Positions 37,078 to 37,451 of a stretch of DNA of 37,451 nt are shown piece by piece. The stretch covers positions 1 to 37,451 of the forward strand of contig JBAXHY010000003.1 in NCBI GenBank assembly GCA_037138655.1, written 5' to 3'. This stretch comes from a bacterium (GTDB lineage: Bacteria; Patescibacteriota; Saccharimonadia; Saccharimonadales; SZUA-47). Positions within the stretch are counted from its first letter, which is position 1; each line of letters starts with the position of its first letter. The notes beneath the pieces are model-generated. The model searched no databases. It saw nothing but the letters and a program-made list of their open reading frames with translations, and had not been told where the DNA came from. Both the position numbers and the translations under genes were made by a program.

Positions 37078-37451
37078 TAGGCGATGCTAGTAATTTTGTA
37101 AGTCGTTGTTTCTGCTGGAGTCTTTAGTTCGATGTCATCGCCGTTCTTTTTGCCAAGCAATGCTTTGCCAATTGGAGATTCGTCGCTAATTTTTCCGTTC
37201 ATAGGATCGGCTTCTACTGTTCCTACAACCTGAAACTGCTTAGTCTTGCCGTCTGTACTTTTAAGACTAACTTTACTGCCTAATTGTACTTTGCTGTCGC
37301 CTTTAGGAGCTTTAATGACTTCTACGTTTGCTAGGATGTTTTCTATTTCTGATATTCGGCTTTCGGCACGGTCTTGGTCTTGTCTTGCAGCGCTGTATTC
37401 TGCGTTTTCTGATAAATCACCAAATTCACGAGCTGTTTTGATTCTATCTGC
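37077..37451 (-). CDS. greA: Transcription elongation factor GreA (5' end beyond window; absent from the ORF track)
   Basis: Manual translation: ADRIKTAREFGDLSENAEYSAAR...EADPMNGKISDESPIGKALLG...KITSIA*. Confidence 0.96.
   Translation of the reverse strand, partial: ADRIKTAREFGDLSENAEYSAARQDQDRAESRISEIENILANVEVIKAPKGDSKVQLGSKVSLKSTDGKTKQFQVVGTVEADPMNGKISDESPIGKALLGKKNGDDIELKTPAETTTYKITSIA

Noticed and set aside
1-37451. Alternative genetic code 25 (TGA=Gly)
   Set aside because: TGA ends full-length genes (serS, ABC ATPase, NOX, receiver) and conserved genes are uninterrupted in code 11.

Overview
AT-rich bacterial chromosomal segment, almost entirely coded on the minus strand, standard genetic code (TGA is used as stop). 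Gene content and compact proteins point to a Patescibacteria/CPR organism, most likely Saccharibacteria (inference). The backbone is housekeeping: glyS, recO, xseAB, rpmA, pyrG, S41 protease-CHAP hydrolase-ftsEX-prfB-secA-raiA, serS, rsmE, an rlmD-like gene, lysS and partial greA. No rRNA, tRNA, CRISPR array or IS element was seen. Main points of interest: (1) a heliorhodopsin with a histone-H1-like basic N-tail directly downstream of a redox cluster (NOX/ferric-reductase flavocytochrome, stalked surface cytochrome-b5 protein, two DUF4352-like proteins, MsrA); (2) a two-component pair coupled to recO in which both phospho-sites appear replaced by Glu; (3) a -10 box 6-8 nt before many start codons, suggesting widespread leaderless mRNAs, including a 20-bp bidirectional promoter; (4) a recurring CATAAGC/GCTTATG promoter motif; (5) degenerate 7-bp periodic repeats between and inside genes; (6) a structured secA leader.
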